From assembly GCA_964016885.1 (NCBI GenBank), contig OZ024761.1:6324001-6388000 (forward strand): DNA of 64,000 nucleotides. Reading direction: 5' to 3'. How positions within the stretch are numbered: position 1 is the stretch's first letter; every line of letters starts with the position of its first letter. This DNA is from Eledone cirrhosa. Its lineage: Eukaryota. Below, piece after piece: positions 25,601-38,507 of this stretch. Both the position numbers and the translations under genes were made by a program. The notes beneath the pieces are model-generated. The model searched no databases. It was not told the DNA's origin and was given only the letters and a program-made list of their open reading frames with translations.

Positions 25601-28600
25601 GTTTGGCTCCTCTGTGTCTGACCTGGTGTACATGTGTGATGGGAGGGGGGCGATGACAGTGGGAGGTTGGCTCTTCTGTGTCTGACCTGGTGTATATGTG
25701 TGATGGGAGGGGGGCGATGACAGTGGGAGGTTGGCTCTTCTGTGTCTGACCTGGTGTACATGTGTGATGGGAGGGGGGCGATGACAGTGGGAGGTTGGCT
25801 CTTCTGTGTCTGACCTGGTGTACATGTGTGATGGGAGGGGGGCGATGACAGTGGGAGTTTGGCTCCTCTGTGTCTGACCTGGTGTACATGTGTGATGGGA
25901 GGGGGGCGATGACAGTGGGAGGTTGGCTCTTCTGTGTCTGACCTGGTGTATATGTGTGATGGGAGGGGGGCGATGACAGTGGGAGGTTGGCTCTTCTGTG
26001 TCTGACCTGGTGTATATGTGTGATGGGAGGGGGGCGATGACAGTGGGAGTTTGGCTCCTCTGTGTCTGACCTGGTGTACATGTGTGATGGGAGGGGGGCG
26101 ATGACAGTGGGAGTTTGGCTCCTCTGTGTCTGACCTGGTGTATATGTGTGATGGGAGGGGGGCGATGACAGTGGGAGTTTGGCTCCTCTGTGTCTGACCT
26201 GGTGTACATGTGTGATGGGAGGGGGGCGATGACAGTGGGAGGTTGGCTCTTCTGTGTCTGACCTGGTGTATATGTGTGATGGGAGGGGGGCGATGACAGT
26301 GGGAGGTTGGCTCTTCTGTGTCTGACCTGGTGTACATGTGTGATGGGAGGGGGGCGATGACAGTGGGAGGTTGGCTCTTCTGTGTCTGACCTGGTGTACA
26401 TGTGTGATGGGAGGGGGGCGATGACAGTGGGAGTTTGGCTCCTCTGTGTCTGACCTGGTGTACATGTGTGATGGGAGGGGGGCGATGACAGTGGGAGGTT
26501 GGCTCTTCTGTGTCTGACCTGGTGTATATGTGTGATGGGAGGGGGGCGATGACAGTGGGAGTTTGGCTCCTCTGTGTCTGACCTGGTGTACATGTGTGAT
26601 GGGAGGGGGGCGATGACAGTGGGAGTTTGGCTCCTCTGTGTCTGACCTGGTGTACATGTGTGATGGGAGATGGGTCGATGACAGTGGGAGTTTGGCTCCT
26701 CTGTGTCTGACCTGGTGTACATGTGTGATGGGAGGGGGGCGATGACAGTGGGAGGTTGGCTCTTCTGTGTCTGACCTGGTGTATATGTGTGATGGGAGGG
26801 GGGCGATGACAGTGGGAGTTTGGCTCCTCTGTGTCTGACCTGCTGTACATGTGTGATGGGAGGGGGGCGATGACAGTGGGAGTTTGGCTCCTCTGTGTCT
26901 GACCTGGTGTACATGTGTGATGGGAGGGGGTGATGACAGTGGGAGTTTGGCTCCTCTGTGTCTGACCTGGTGTACATGTGTGATGGGAGGGGGTGATGAC
27001 AGTGGGAGTTTGGCTCCTCTGTGTCTGACCTGGTGTATATGTGTGATGGGAGGGGGTGATGACAGTGGGAGTTTGGCTCCTCTGTGTCTGACCTGGTGTA
27101 CATGTGTGATGGGAGGGGGTGATGACAGTGGGAGTTTGGCTCCTCTGTGTCTGACCTGGTGTACATGTGTGATGGGAGGGGGCGATGACAGTGGGAGGTT
27201 GGCTCCTCTGTGTCTGACCTGGTGTACATGTGTGATGGGAGGGGGCGATGACAGTGGGAGGTTGGCTCCTCTGTGTCTGACCTGGTGTACATGTGTGATG
27301 GGAGGGGGCGATGACAGTGGGAGGTTGGCTCCTCTGTGTCTGACCTGGTGTACATGTGTGATGGGAGGGGGTGATGACAGTGGGAGTTTGGCTCCTCTGT
27401 GTCTGACCTGGTGTACATGTGTGATGGGAGGGGGCGATGACAGTGGGAGGTTGGCTCCTCTGTGTCTGACCTGGTGTACATGTGTGATGGGAGGGGGCGA
27501 TGACAGTGGGAGGTTGGCTCCTCTGTGTCTGACCTGGTGTACATGTGTGATGGGAGGGGGTGATGACAGTGGGAGTTTGGCTCCTCTGTGTCTGACCTGG
27601 TGTACATGTGTGATGGGAGGGGGTGATGACAGTGGGAGTTTGGCTCCTCTGTGTCTGACCTGGTGTATATGTGTGATGGGAGGGGGTGATGACAGTGGGA
27701 GTTTGGCTCCTCTGTGTCTGACCTGGTGTACATGTGTGATGGGAGGGGGCGATGACAGTGGGAGGTTGGCTCCTCTGTGTCTGACCTGGTGTACATGTGT
27801 GATGGGAGGGGGGCGATGACAGTGGGAGTTTGGCTCCTCTGTGTCTGACCTGGTGTACATGTGTGATGGGAGGGGGGCGATGACAGTGGGAGTTTGGCTC
27901 CTCTGTGTCTGACCTGGTGTATATGTGTGATGGGAGGGGGTGATGACAGTGGGAGTTTGGCTCCTCTGTGTCTGACCTGGTGTACATGTGTGATGGGAGG
28001 GGGTGATGACAGTGGGAGGTTGGCTCCTCTGTGTCTGACCTGGTGTACATGTGTGATGGGAGGGGGTGATGACAGTGGGAGTTTGGCTCCTCTGTGTCTG
28101 ACCTGGTGTACATGTGTGATGGGAGGGGGTGATGACAGTGGGAGGTTGGCTCCTCTGCGTCTGACCTGGTGTATATGTGTGATGGGAGGGGGTGATGACA
28201 GTGGGAGGTTGGCTCCTCTGTGTCTGACCTGGTGTATATGTGTGATGGGATGGGGGTGATGACAGTGGGAGTTTGGCTCCTCTGTGTCTGACCTGGTGTA
28301 CATGTGTGTTGGGAGGGGGGCGATGACAGTGGGAGTTTGGCTCCTCTGTGTCTGACCTGGTGTATATGTGTGATGGGATGGGGGTGATGACAGTGGGAGT
28401 TTGGCTCCTCTGTGTCTGACCTGGTGTACATGTGTGATGGGAGGGGAGCGATGACAGTGGGAGTTTGGCTCCTCTGTGTCTGACCTGGTGTACATGTGTG
28501 ATGGGAGGGGGGCGATGGCAGTGGGAGGTTGGCTCCTCTGTGTCTGACCTGGTGTACATGTGTGATGGGAGGGGGGCGATGACAGTGGGAGTTTGGCTCC

Positions 28601-28758
28601 TCTGTGTCTGACCTGGTGTACATGTGTGATGGGAGGGGGGCGATGACAGTGGGAGTTTGGCTCCTCTGTGTCTGACCTGGTGTACATGTGTGATGGGAGG
28701 GGGGCGATGACAGTGGGAGTTTGGCTCCTCTGTGTCTGACCTGGTGTATATGTGTGTA
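22661..28758. repeat. 60/61-bp G-rich satellite, about 100 copies
   Basis: GATGACAGTGGGAG(T/G)TTGGCTC(C/T)TCTGTGTCTGACCTGGTGTA(C/T)ATGTGTGATGGGAGGGGG(GC/T). Confidence 0.97.
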
Positions 28759-29038
28759 TATGTTTACTTCTAGTGACCCCTCAAATATTCAACCGGATAT
28801 TGAAGATTATTCCTATATTGTGTTTAACAGTGAGGTGGACATGATATCTGGAATAGGATGGCCTCCCTTATGTTTGTGTAAGACTACCTTTAAGGGTTCA
28901 TTTCTGTTTTCCGGCATTCTCCTTGTCCGATTAACGACCTGGTTCCTGCCCCGTGGTTGCCGGATTTAAGAGCTTTAATCTTCATATAACTTCATTATAA
29001 ACCAAGCTATTTAATTAGTATATTAATTATTACACTAA

Positions 29039-32000
29039 GGCGGTGAATTGGTAGAGTTGGTAGAACGTCAGATAGAATGGTAGAGTGGTTAGAACGTCAG
29101 ATAGAATGGTAGAGTTGTTAGAATGTCAGATAGAATGGTAGAGTGGTGAGAACGTCAGATAGAATGGTAGAGTGGTGAGAACGTCAGATAAAATGGTAGA
29201 GTGGTTAGAACATGTGATAGAATGGTAGAGTGGTGAGAACGTCAGATAAAATGGTAGAGTGGTTAGAACATCTGATAGAATAGTAGAGTGGTGAGAACGT
29301 CAGATAGAATGGTAGAGAGGTTAGAACGTCAGATAGAATGGTAGAGTGGTTAGAACATCTGATAGAATGGTAGAGTGGTGAGAACGTCAGATAAAATGGT
29401 AGAGTGGTGAGAATATCAGATAGAATGGTAGAGTGGCTAGAACGTCAGATAGAATGGTAGAGAGGTTAGAATGTCAGATAGAATGGTAGAGAGGTTAGAA
29501 CGTCAGATAGAATGGTAGAGTTGTTAGAACGTCAGATAGAATGGTAGAGTGGTGAGAACGTCAGATAGAATGGTAGTGTGGTGAGAACGTCAGATAGAAC
29601 GGTAGAGTGGTTAGAACGTCAGATAGAACGGTAGAGTTGTTAGAACGTCAGATAGAATGGTAGAGTGGTTAGAACGTCAGATAGAATGGTAGAGTGGTGA
29701 GAACGTCAGATAGAATGGTAGAGTGGTGAGAAGGTCTGGTAGAATAGTAGAGTGGTTAGAACGTCAGATAGATTGGTAGAGTGGTAAGAACGTCAGATAG
29801 AATGGTAGAGTGGTGAGAAGGTCTGGTAGAATGGTAGAGTGGTTAGAACGTCAGATAGAATGGTAGAGTGGTTAGAACGTCAGATAAAATGGTAGAGTGG
29901 TTAGAACGTCAGATAGAATGGTAGAGTGGTTAGAACGTCAGATAGAAGGGTAGAGTGGTGAGAACGTCAGATAGAATGGTAGAGTGGTGAGAACGTCAGA
30001 TAGAATGGTAGAGTGGTGAGAACGTCGGATAGAATGGTAGAGTTGTTAGAACGTCAGATAGAATGGTAGAGTGGTTAGAACGTCAGATAGAATAGTAGAG
30101 TGGTTAGAAGGTCAGATAGAATGGTAGAGTGGTTAGAACGTCAGATAGAATGGTAGAGTGGTGAGAATGTCAGATAGAATGGTAGAGTGGTGAGAATGGT
30201 AGAGTGGTGAGAAGGTCAGATAGAATGGTAGAGTGGTGAGAAGGTCTGGTAGAATGGTAGAGTTGTTAGAATGGTAGAGTTGTTAGAACGTCGGATAGAA
30301 TGGTAGAATGTAAGAACGTCAGATAGAATGGTAGAGTGGTGAGAAAGTCAGATAAAATGGTAGAGTGGTTAGAACGTCAGATAGAATGGTAGAGTGGTTA
30401 GAACGTCAGATAGAAGGTTAGAGTGGTGAGAACGTCAGATAGAATGGTAGAGTGGTGAGAACGTCAGATAGAATGGTAGAGTGGTGAGAACGTCGGATAG
30501 AATGGTAGAGTTGTTAGAACGTCAGATAGAATGGTAGAGTGGTTAGAACGTCAGATAGAAGGGTAGAGTGGTGAGAACGTCAGATAGAATGGTAGAGTGG
30601 TTAGAACGTCAGATAGAAGGGTAGAGGGGTTAGAACGTCAGATAGAATGGTAGAGTGGTGAGAATGTCAGATAGAATAGTAGAGTGGTTAGAAGGTCAGA
30701 TAGAATGGTAGAGTGGTTAGAACGTCAGATAGAATGGTAGAGTCGTGAGAATGTCAGATAGAATGGTAGAGTGGTGAGAAGGTCTGGTAGAATGGTAGAG
30801 TGGTTAGAATGGTAGAGTTGTTAGAATGTCAGATAGAATGGTAGAATGTAAGAACGTCAGATAGAATGGTAGAGTGGTGAGAACGTCAGATAAAATGGTA
30901 GAGTTGTTAGAATGTCTGGTAGAATGGTAGAATGGTAAGAACGTCAGATAGAATGGTGGAGTGGTTAGAATTTTTAGATAGAATGGTAGAGTAGTTAGAA
31001 CGTCAGATAGAATGGTAGAGTGGTTAGAAGGTCTGGTAGAATGGTAGAGTGGTTAGAACGTCAGATAGAATGGTAGAGGGGTTAGAAGGTCTGGTAGAAT
31101 GGTAGAGTGGTTAGAACGTCAGATAGAATGGTAGAGTGGTTAGAACGTCTGATAGAATGGTAGAGTGGTTAGAACGTCAGATAGAATGGTAGAGTGGTGA
31201 GAACGTCAGATAGAATGGTAGAGTGGTGAGAAGGTCTGGTAGAATGGTAGATTGGTTAGAACTTCAGATAGAATGGTAGAGTGGTTAGAACGTCAGATAG
31301 AATGGTAGAGTGGTGAGAACGTCAGATAAAATGGTAGAGTGGTTAGAACGTCAGATAGAATGGTAGAGTGGCTAGAACGTCAGATAGAAGGGTAGAGTGG
31401 TGAGAACGTCAGATAGAATGGTAGAGTGGTGAGAACGTCAGATAGAATGGTAGAGTGGTGAGAACGTCGGATAGAATGGTAGAGTGGTTAGAACGTCAGA
31501 TAGAATAGTAGAGTGGTTAGAAGGTCAGATAGAATGGTAGAGTGGTTAGAACGTCAGATAGAATGGTAGAGTGGTGAGAATGTCAGATAGAATGGTAGAG
31601 TGGTGAGAAGGTCTGGTAGAATGGTAGAGTTGTTAGAATGGTAGAGTTGTTAGAATGTCAGATAGAATGGTAGAATGGTAAGAACGTCAGATAGAATGGT
31701 AAAGTGGTGAGAACGTCAGATAAAATGGTAGAGTTGTTAGAATGTCTGGTAGAATGGTAGAATGGTAAGAACGTCAGATAGAATGGTGGAGTGGTTAGAA
31801 TGTCAGATAGAATGGTAGAGTAGTTAGAACGTCAGATAGAATGGTAGAGTGGTTAGAAGGTCTGGTAGAATGGTAGAGTTGTTAGAAGGTCTGGTAGAAT
31901 GGTAGAATGGTAAGAACGTCAGATAGAATGGTGGAGTGGTTAGAATGTCAGATAGAATGGTAGAGTGGTTAGAACGTCAGATAGAATGGTAGAGGGGTTA

Positions 32001-32995
32001 GAAGGTCTGGTAGAATGGTAGAGTGGTTAGAACGTCAGATAGAATGGTAGAGTGGTGAGAACGTCAGATAGAATGGTAGAGTGGTGAGAACGTCGGATAG
32101 AATGGTAGAGTTGTTAGAACGTCAGATAGAATGGTAGAGTGGTTAGAACGTCAGATAGAATAGTAGAGTGGTTAGAAGGTCAGATAGAATGGTAGAGTGG
32201 TTAGAACGTCAGATAGAATGGTAGAGTGGTGAGAATGTCAGATAGAATGGTAGAGTTGTTAGAATTCTGGTAGAATGGTAGAATGGTAAGAACGTCAGAT
32301 AAAATGGTGGAGTGGTTAGAATGTCAGATAGAATGGTAGAGTAGTTAGAACGTCAGATAGAATGGTAGAGTGGTTAGAAGGTCTGGTAGAATGGTGGAGT
32401 GGTTAGAACGTCAGATAGAATGGTAGAGGGGTTAGAAGGTCTGGTAGAATGGTAGAGTGGTTAGAACGTCAGATAGAATGGTAGAGTGGTTAGAACGTCT
32501 GATAGAATGGTAGAGTGGTTAGAACGTCAGATAGAATGGTAGAGTAATTAGAACGTCAGATAGAACGGTAGAGTGGCTAGAACGTCAGATAGAATGGTAG
32601 AGTGGTTAGAACGTCAGATAGAATAGTAGAGTTGTTAGAACGTCAGATAGAATGGTAGAGAGGTTAGAATGTCAGATAGAATGGTAGAGTTGTTAGAATT
32701 CAGATAGAATGGTAGAATGGTGAGAACGTCAGATAAAATGGTAGAGTGGTTAGAACGTCGGATAGAAGTGTCGAGTCGTTAGAACGTCAGATAGAATGGT
32801 AGAGTGGTTAGACCGTCAGATAGAATGGTAGAGAGGTTAGAACGTCAGATAGAATGGTAGAGTGGTTAGACCGTCAGATAGAATGTCCGGCAGCCCTTAC
32901 ACTCTGGATCCAAAATCCAGAGAGGTTATCTTGGCTTTTTATCCTTTCAAGGTCGATTTAAAAGAGTACCAGTTCAATACTAGGGTGAATTATTC
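29039..32995 (+). mobile_element. tRNA-derived SINE split by an internal satellite expansion
   Basis: SINE head GGCGGTGAATTGGTAGAG at 29039; body resumes at about 32886 (...GCTTTTTATCCTTTCAAGGTCGATTTAAAAGAGTACCAGTTCAATACTAGGGT). Confidence 0.8.
29050..32885 (+). repeat. 29-bp satellite, about 130 copies, derived from the SINE A-box region
   Basis: GGTAGAGTGGTTAGAACGTCAGATAGAAT; compare the SINE head at 36505, TTGGCAGCATCGGTAGAGCGTCAGACAATATG. Confidence 0.95.
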
Positions 32996-33225
32996 CTCTA
33001 TATCTCTTTCTCACATCGTCGTTACCCGCTCAACCATGTCTCCTCGGTTGAACCTGGAAACTTCCTCTCTGGCCACCAGGTGCCCAGTGTCCCAACCATG
33101 TTGACAAGGGTCCCTGTCCTCACTGGATCTTCTTGCTCCGATGAGAGATCGCAAAGTCTGGAACAAGAACTTTGTCCATGCTTCACTTTCGATGGAGGAG
33201 TGACTCAAGAAGAAAATAACCAAGT

Positions 33226-33629
33226 ATATAGAACCTCCCTTCTATGGTATGTGATTATATAGAACCTTCCTTCTATGGCATGTGACTACATAGAACCTCC
33301 CTTCTATGGTATGTGACTACATAGAAACTCCCTTCTATATATGACTATATAGTACCCCCCCCCCCCCCTTCTATGATATATGACTACATAGAACCTCCGT
33401 CCTATATATGACTACATAGAACCTCCCTTCTCTAAGTGACTACATAGAACCTCCCTTCTATAAGTGACTACATAGAACCTCCCTCCTATATGTGACTACA
33501 TAGAACCTCCCTCCTATATATGACTACATAGAACCTCCCTTCTATGTGTGACTACATAGAACCCCCCTTCTATATATAACAAGATAGAACCTCCCTTCTA
33601 TATATAACAAGATAGAACCTCCCTTCTAT
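33226..33629. repeat. About 28-31-bp minisatellite
   Basis: ATAGAACCTCCCTTCTATATGTGACTAC, with a small internal hairpin ATAGAA/TTCTAT. Confidence 0.9.
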
Positions 33630-34045
33630 GATGAGTTAAACGGAGACTGGGCAACAATTATTCAATTACATAACGAAATTCTGGCTGAGCCTTGAATAAA
33701 CTCTGCGACTTACCCCTCGTGGCACAAAGTGTAATGTCGGCCTCAAGGGCCGCCAATGTCTGAACAAGATAAGTATATAATTAAGGAATCTAGATTATTT
33801 CAAAGCTATACTGATCTCACACAATGAGCAAGTGTGTAAAGTAGAGGTTCTCAAATGTTTGGGCCCCGCCTCACTACCATGTAATACACTCACAACCCTC
33901 CCGCTGACATGAAATGCCATCAGAGCCTCCTCACGGCCATGTAATACCCTAAACGCACCCCCAACCCTATTTCCAGAGAGACCTACACGCAAATCGTAAA
34001 TAATATATAATAAATAAAATCGTTAATATATATATAATAAATAAT

Positions 34046-34229
34046 TGTTTCTACTTTAGGCACAAGGCCAGCAATTATCCAGTGCATTACTGGTACTTTA
34101 TTTTATCGACCCCGTAAGGATGAAAGGCAAAATCAACCTCGGCGGGATTTGAACTCAGATCGTAAAGGGACGTAACTATGCTGGAAAGCATGGCGTCCGA
34201 CCCTCTACCGATACTTCCAATCCACCGCC
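34046..34229 (-). mobile_element. Full-length tRNA-derived SINE
   Basis: Minus strand starts GGCGGTGGATTGGAAGTATCGG; B-box GAGTTCAAATCC; flanking duplication TATATATAATAAATAAT; short duplication of the 5' end at about 34240-34252. Confidence 0.92.
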
Positions 34230-34408
34230 CTTTATATATAATCCACCGCCCCTTATATATAATAAATAATATATATATATATATACAATGTTTAAATAAA
34301 TATTATATATTTTATATTTTACTATATTTATATATAATATGTATCATTTGATATTTAATATAGTATTATATCATCTCTACCCCCTCCCCCTGCACTGCTC
34401 CCTAAGGT

Positions 34409-36505
34409 TCCACATCTACTAGTGTCTCAAATTCTGACCACATCTACTAGTGTCTCAAGTCGTGACCACATCTATTAATGTCTCAAGTCCTGACCACATC
34501 TACTAGTGTCTCAAGTCCTGACCACATCTACTAGTGTCTCAAGTCGTGAGCACATCTACTAGTGTCTCAAGTCTTGACCACATCTACTAGTGTCTCAAGT
34601 CCTGACCACATCTACTAGTGTCTCAAGTTCTGACCACATCTACTAGTGTCTCAAGTCCTGACCACATCTACTAGTGTCTCAAGTTCTGACCACATCTACT
34701 AGTGTCTCAAGTGGTGACCACATCTACTAGTGTCTCAAGTCTTGACCACATCTACTAGTGTCTCAAGTCCTGACCACATCTACTAGTGTCTCAAGTCGTG
34801 AGCACATCTACTAGTGTCTCAAGGTGTGACCACATCTACTAGTGTCTCAAGTGGTGACCACATCTATTAATGACTCAAGTCCTGACCACAGCTACTAGTG
34901 TCTCAAGTGGTGACCACATCTACTAGTGTCTTAAGTCCTGACCACATCTACTAGTGTCTCCAGTCCTGACCACATCTACTCGTGTCTCAAGTCCTGACCA
35001 CATCTACTAGTGTCTCAAGTCCTGACCACATCTACTAGTGTCTCAAGTCCTGACCACATCTACTAGTGTCTCAAGTCCTGACCACATCTACTAGTGTCTC
35101 AAGTCCTGACCACATCTACTAGTGTCTCAAGTCCTGACCACATCTACTAGTGTCTCAAGTCCTGACCACATCTACTAATGTCTCAAGTCATGACCACATC
35201 TACTAGTGTCTCAAGTCGTGAGCACATCTACTAGTGTCTCAAGTCCTGACCACATCTACTAGTGTCTCAAGTTGTGACCACATCTACTAGTGTCTCCAGT
35301 CCTGACCACACCTACTAATGTCTCAAGTCCTGACCACATCTACTAGTGTCTCAAGTCCTGACCACATCTACTAGTGTCTCAAGTCTTGACCACATCTACT
35401 AGTGTCTCAAGTCCTGACCACATCTACTAGTGTCTCAAGTCATGACCACATCTACTAATGTCTCAAGTCGTGAGCACATCTACTAGTGTCTCAAGTGGTG
35501 ACCACATCTACTAGTGTCTCAAGTCTTGACCACAGCTACTAGTGTCTCAAGTCTTGACCACATCTACTAGTGTCTCAAGTGGTGACCACATCTACTAGTG
35601 TCTCAAGTCTTGACCACATCTACTAGTGTCTCAAGTCCTGACCACATCTACTAGTGTCTCCAGTCCTGACCACATCTACTAGTGTCTCCAGTCCTGACCA
35701 CACCTACTAGTGTCTCCAGTCTTGACCACATCTACTAGTGTCTCCAGTCCTGACCACACCTACTAGTGTCTCCAGTCCTGACCACATCTACTAGTGTCTC
35801 AAGTCCTGACTACATCTACTAGTGTCTCAAGTGGTGACTACATCTACTAGTGTCTCAAGTGGTGACTACATCTACTAGTGTCTCACGTCCTGACCACATC
35901 TACTAGTGTCTCAAGCGTGAGCACATCTACTAGTGTCTCAAGTTGTGACCATATCTACTAGTGTCTCAAGTTGTGACCACATCTACTAGTGTCTCAAGTG
36001 GTGACTATATCTACTAGTGTCTCAAGTTGTGACCACATCTACTAGTGTCTCAAGTGGTGACCACATCTACTAGTGTCTCTAGTGGTGACGACATCTACTA
36101 GTGTCTCAAGTTTTGACCACAGCTACTAACGTCTGAAGTGCTGACGACATCTACTAGTGTCTCAAGTGGTGACTACATCTACTAGTGTCTCAAGTGGTGA
36201 CCACAGCTACTAGTGTCTCAAGTCCTGACCACATCTACTAGTGTCTCAAGTTGTGACCACATCTACTAGTGTCTCAAGTGGTGACTATATCTACTAGTGT
36301 CTCAAGTTGTGACCACATCTACTAATGTCTCAAGTTGTGACCACAGCTACTAGTGTCTCAAGTGGTGACTATATCTACTAGTGTCTCAAGTCCTGACCAC
36401 ATCTACTAGTGTCTCAAGTTGTGACCACATCTACTAGTGTCTCTAGTGGTGACGACATCTACTAGTGTCTCTAGTGGTGACCACATCTACTAGTGTCTCA
36501 AGTCT
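34409..36505. repeat. 28-bp satellite, about 75 copies
   Basis: ACCACATCTACTAGTGTCTCAAGTCCTG. Confidence 0.97.
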
Positions 36506-36713
36506 TGGCAGCATCGGTAGAGCGTCAGACAATATGCTGTGCGGCATAGAGTTACGGCTCTTTACGTCCTGAGTTCAATTCTCGCCGAAGTTAGCTTTAT
36601 TGTTCATCTTTACCGGGTGGATAAAATAAAGTACCAGTAATGCTCTGGGGTAGATTTAGCCGACTTTCCCCCATCCCTTCAAATTGCTGGCCTTGTGCCC
36701 AAAAGTAGAGACA
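36505..36713 (+). mobile_element. tRNA-derived SINE, long-tail subfamily, abutting the 28-bp satellite
   Basis: A-box-like TGGCAGCATCGG; B-box GAGTTCAATTCT; GATAAAATAAAGTACCAGT; extra segment GGGGTAGATTTAGCCGACTTTCCCCC before GGCCTTGTGCC. Confidence 0.88.
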
Positions 36714-37189
36714 ATATTGTGAAAATTTTAAAATAAATTTACAATTCCTTCAACCCCAACAGAACTGCGAAGAAAATCTTACATTAAAATAACTATCTGA
36801 TTTAATCAACGATGTTAGGGAACAACAGAGAATGTTTCAAGTCTCGGCCACGTGGTCGTTAACGAGAAGTAACTGTGTAAAAAGAATTCTGAGCCAGTGG
36901 TTTGCAGGAAAAGCACGTTGCTTCTGTGACAAAATATTAAGAAATGCAATTACATGCTAAATATTCAGATGGAACTAAAGAATTGTTCTTTAATATTCTA
37001 GATAAAAATGAAGTAAAAATTAATGAGGAGGAGGATGCAATTCTGTTTTAAAACTTCGATGTTTAAAGGTAAGAATCAGTTTGACTATCTTGTTAAAGTA
37101 TTAACTATTTTTTATTTATTTTTTGGCTACTAAAACTTTGTCAACATAACCGTCAACATCATGTTACAAATAAAAAGGGAAAGAAAAAA

Positions 37190-37701
37190 AGCACACAAGC
37201 AGGTAATACGCACATCTACACCATATATAACACAGGCAGGTAATACCACATCTAGGACCACATACAACACATACGCAGGTAATACACACACCTAGGACCA
37301 CATACGAACACACAAGCAGGTAATACATACATCTAGGACCACATACAACACACCAGCAGGTAATACATACTTTTAGGACCACATACAACACACCAGCAGT
37401 GAATACATACATCTAGGACCACATATACACATCTAGGACCACATACAACACATAAGCAGGTAATACACACATCTAGGACCACATTCAACACACCAGCAGT
37501 GAATACATACATCTAGGACCACATATACACATCTAGGACCACATACAACACATAAGCAGGTAATACACACATCTAGGACCACATTCAACACACCAGCAGT
37601 GAATACATACATCTAGGACCACATATACACATCTAGGACCACATACAACACATAAGCAGGTAATACACACATCTAGGACCACATTCAACACACCAGCAGG
37701 T
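37190..37701. repeat. About 40-bp minisatellite with a 100-bp (40+20+40) higher-order period
   Basis: ACATCTAGGACCACATACAACACACCAGCAGGTAAT; GAATACATAC recurs at 37401, 37501 and 37601. Confidence 0.9.
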
Positions 37702-37773
37702 GAAAGGCGTGAACAAACCAACCGCTACCAGAACAAAAGATAACAATATTTCGAGGAGCACTGGAAAACCTCT

Positions 37774-37957
37774 CTAATAATTGTTGAGGCAAGCCAGCAC
37801 GCTGGCAGCGTTACCTCGGGTAATGGCGAGGCTGATGCGTTGGAACAGCCAATCACCTTCACGAGCATTACCAGTTACCTCTGATAGGCGAGCCGCCAGT
37901 GAAGACAAGAACCTCACAGTTAGCGGCTCAACTCCCCCAAACGTCTCGAACGTCACT
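37774..37957 (-). mobile_element. 3' fragment of a second CRE-like family
   Basis: VTFETFGGVEPLTVRFLSSLAARLSEVTGNAREGDWLFQRISLAITRGNAASVL, C-terminal endonuclease region (ETxG...QRISxxxxRGNA). Confidence 0.8.
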
Positions 37958-38275
37958 GAATTAGAAATAGTCAGAGGCAATATATATTTATATAGTTGGT
38001 GGAGACTGAAAAACGGAATTTGTTAAACTTTTTTGTAAAATCGTAATCACCACTGTTTAACAATCGCCACTGTTTAACAATCATAACTGTTTAACACAGA
38101 CAACCGCAGAGTTTTATTCATATAAACAATTCAATCAAAATTAAGTTACAACGGTGTTAACATAATTTATTTTATTTTGTCTGCAAAATATTGTTTTTGG
38201 AGCAACTTTCTAACATGTCTTTTGAAAATGTTGCGCTATTTTTTATGAAATTTATTTAGAAAACCTACATTGGTG

Positions 38276-38362
38276 GGCTATATTTTCATAGCCTCACTAC
38301 ATGCTTATTAAACATGTAGTGAGGCTATATTTTCATAGCCTCGCTATATGTTTATTAAACAT
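38276..38362. repeat. Interlocking inverted/tandem repeat
   Basis: TAGCCTCACTACATG cttattaaa CATGTAGTGAGGCTA hairpin; GGCTATATTTTCATAGCCTC occurs twice. Confidence 0.75.
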
Positions 38363-38507
38363 CATTCTATACGGTTCCTCTGTATGTATACACATTTATA
38401 CAGTCATAAGTGTATGTATATACATACAATCATATCTATATATATACACACGTATATATAGATATGCGCATGTATACAAGCTTACACAATAATATATATA
38501 TACACAC

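Noticed and set aside
22501-28687. Three ~2000-aa ORFs on the minus strand
   Set aside because: All three frames are open only because the 60/61-bp satellite unit has no stop on that strand; unit-length changes shuffle frames freely, so there is no coding constraint
34046-34229. tRNA genes at A/B-box sites
   Set aside because: No cloverleaf; the boxes belong to multi-copy SINE heads
36763-37068. 306-nt AG...GTAAGA-bounded candidate exon
   Set aside because: Stops in all three frames; possibly a decayed coding fragment of unknown origin
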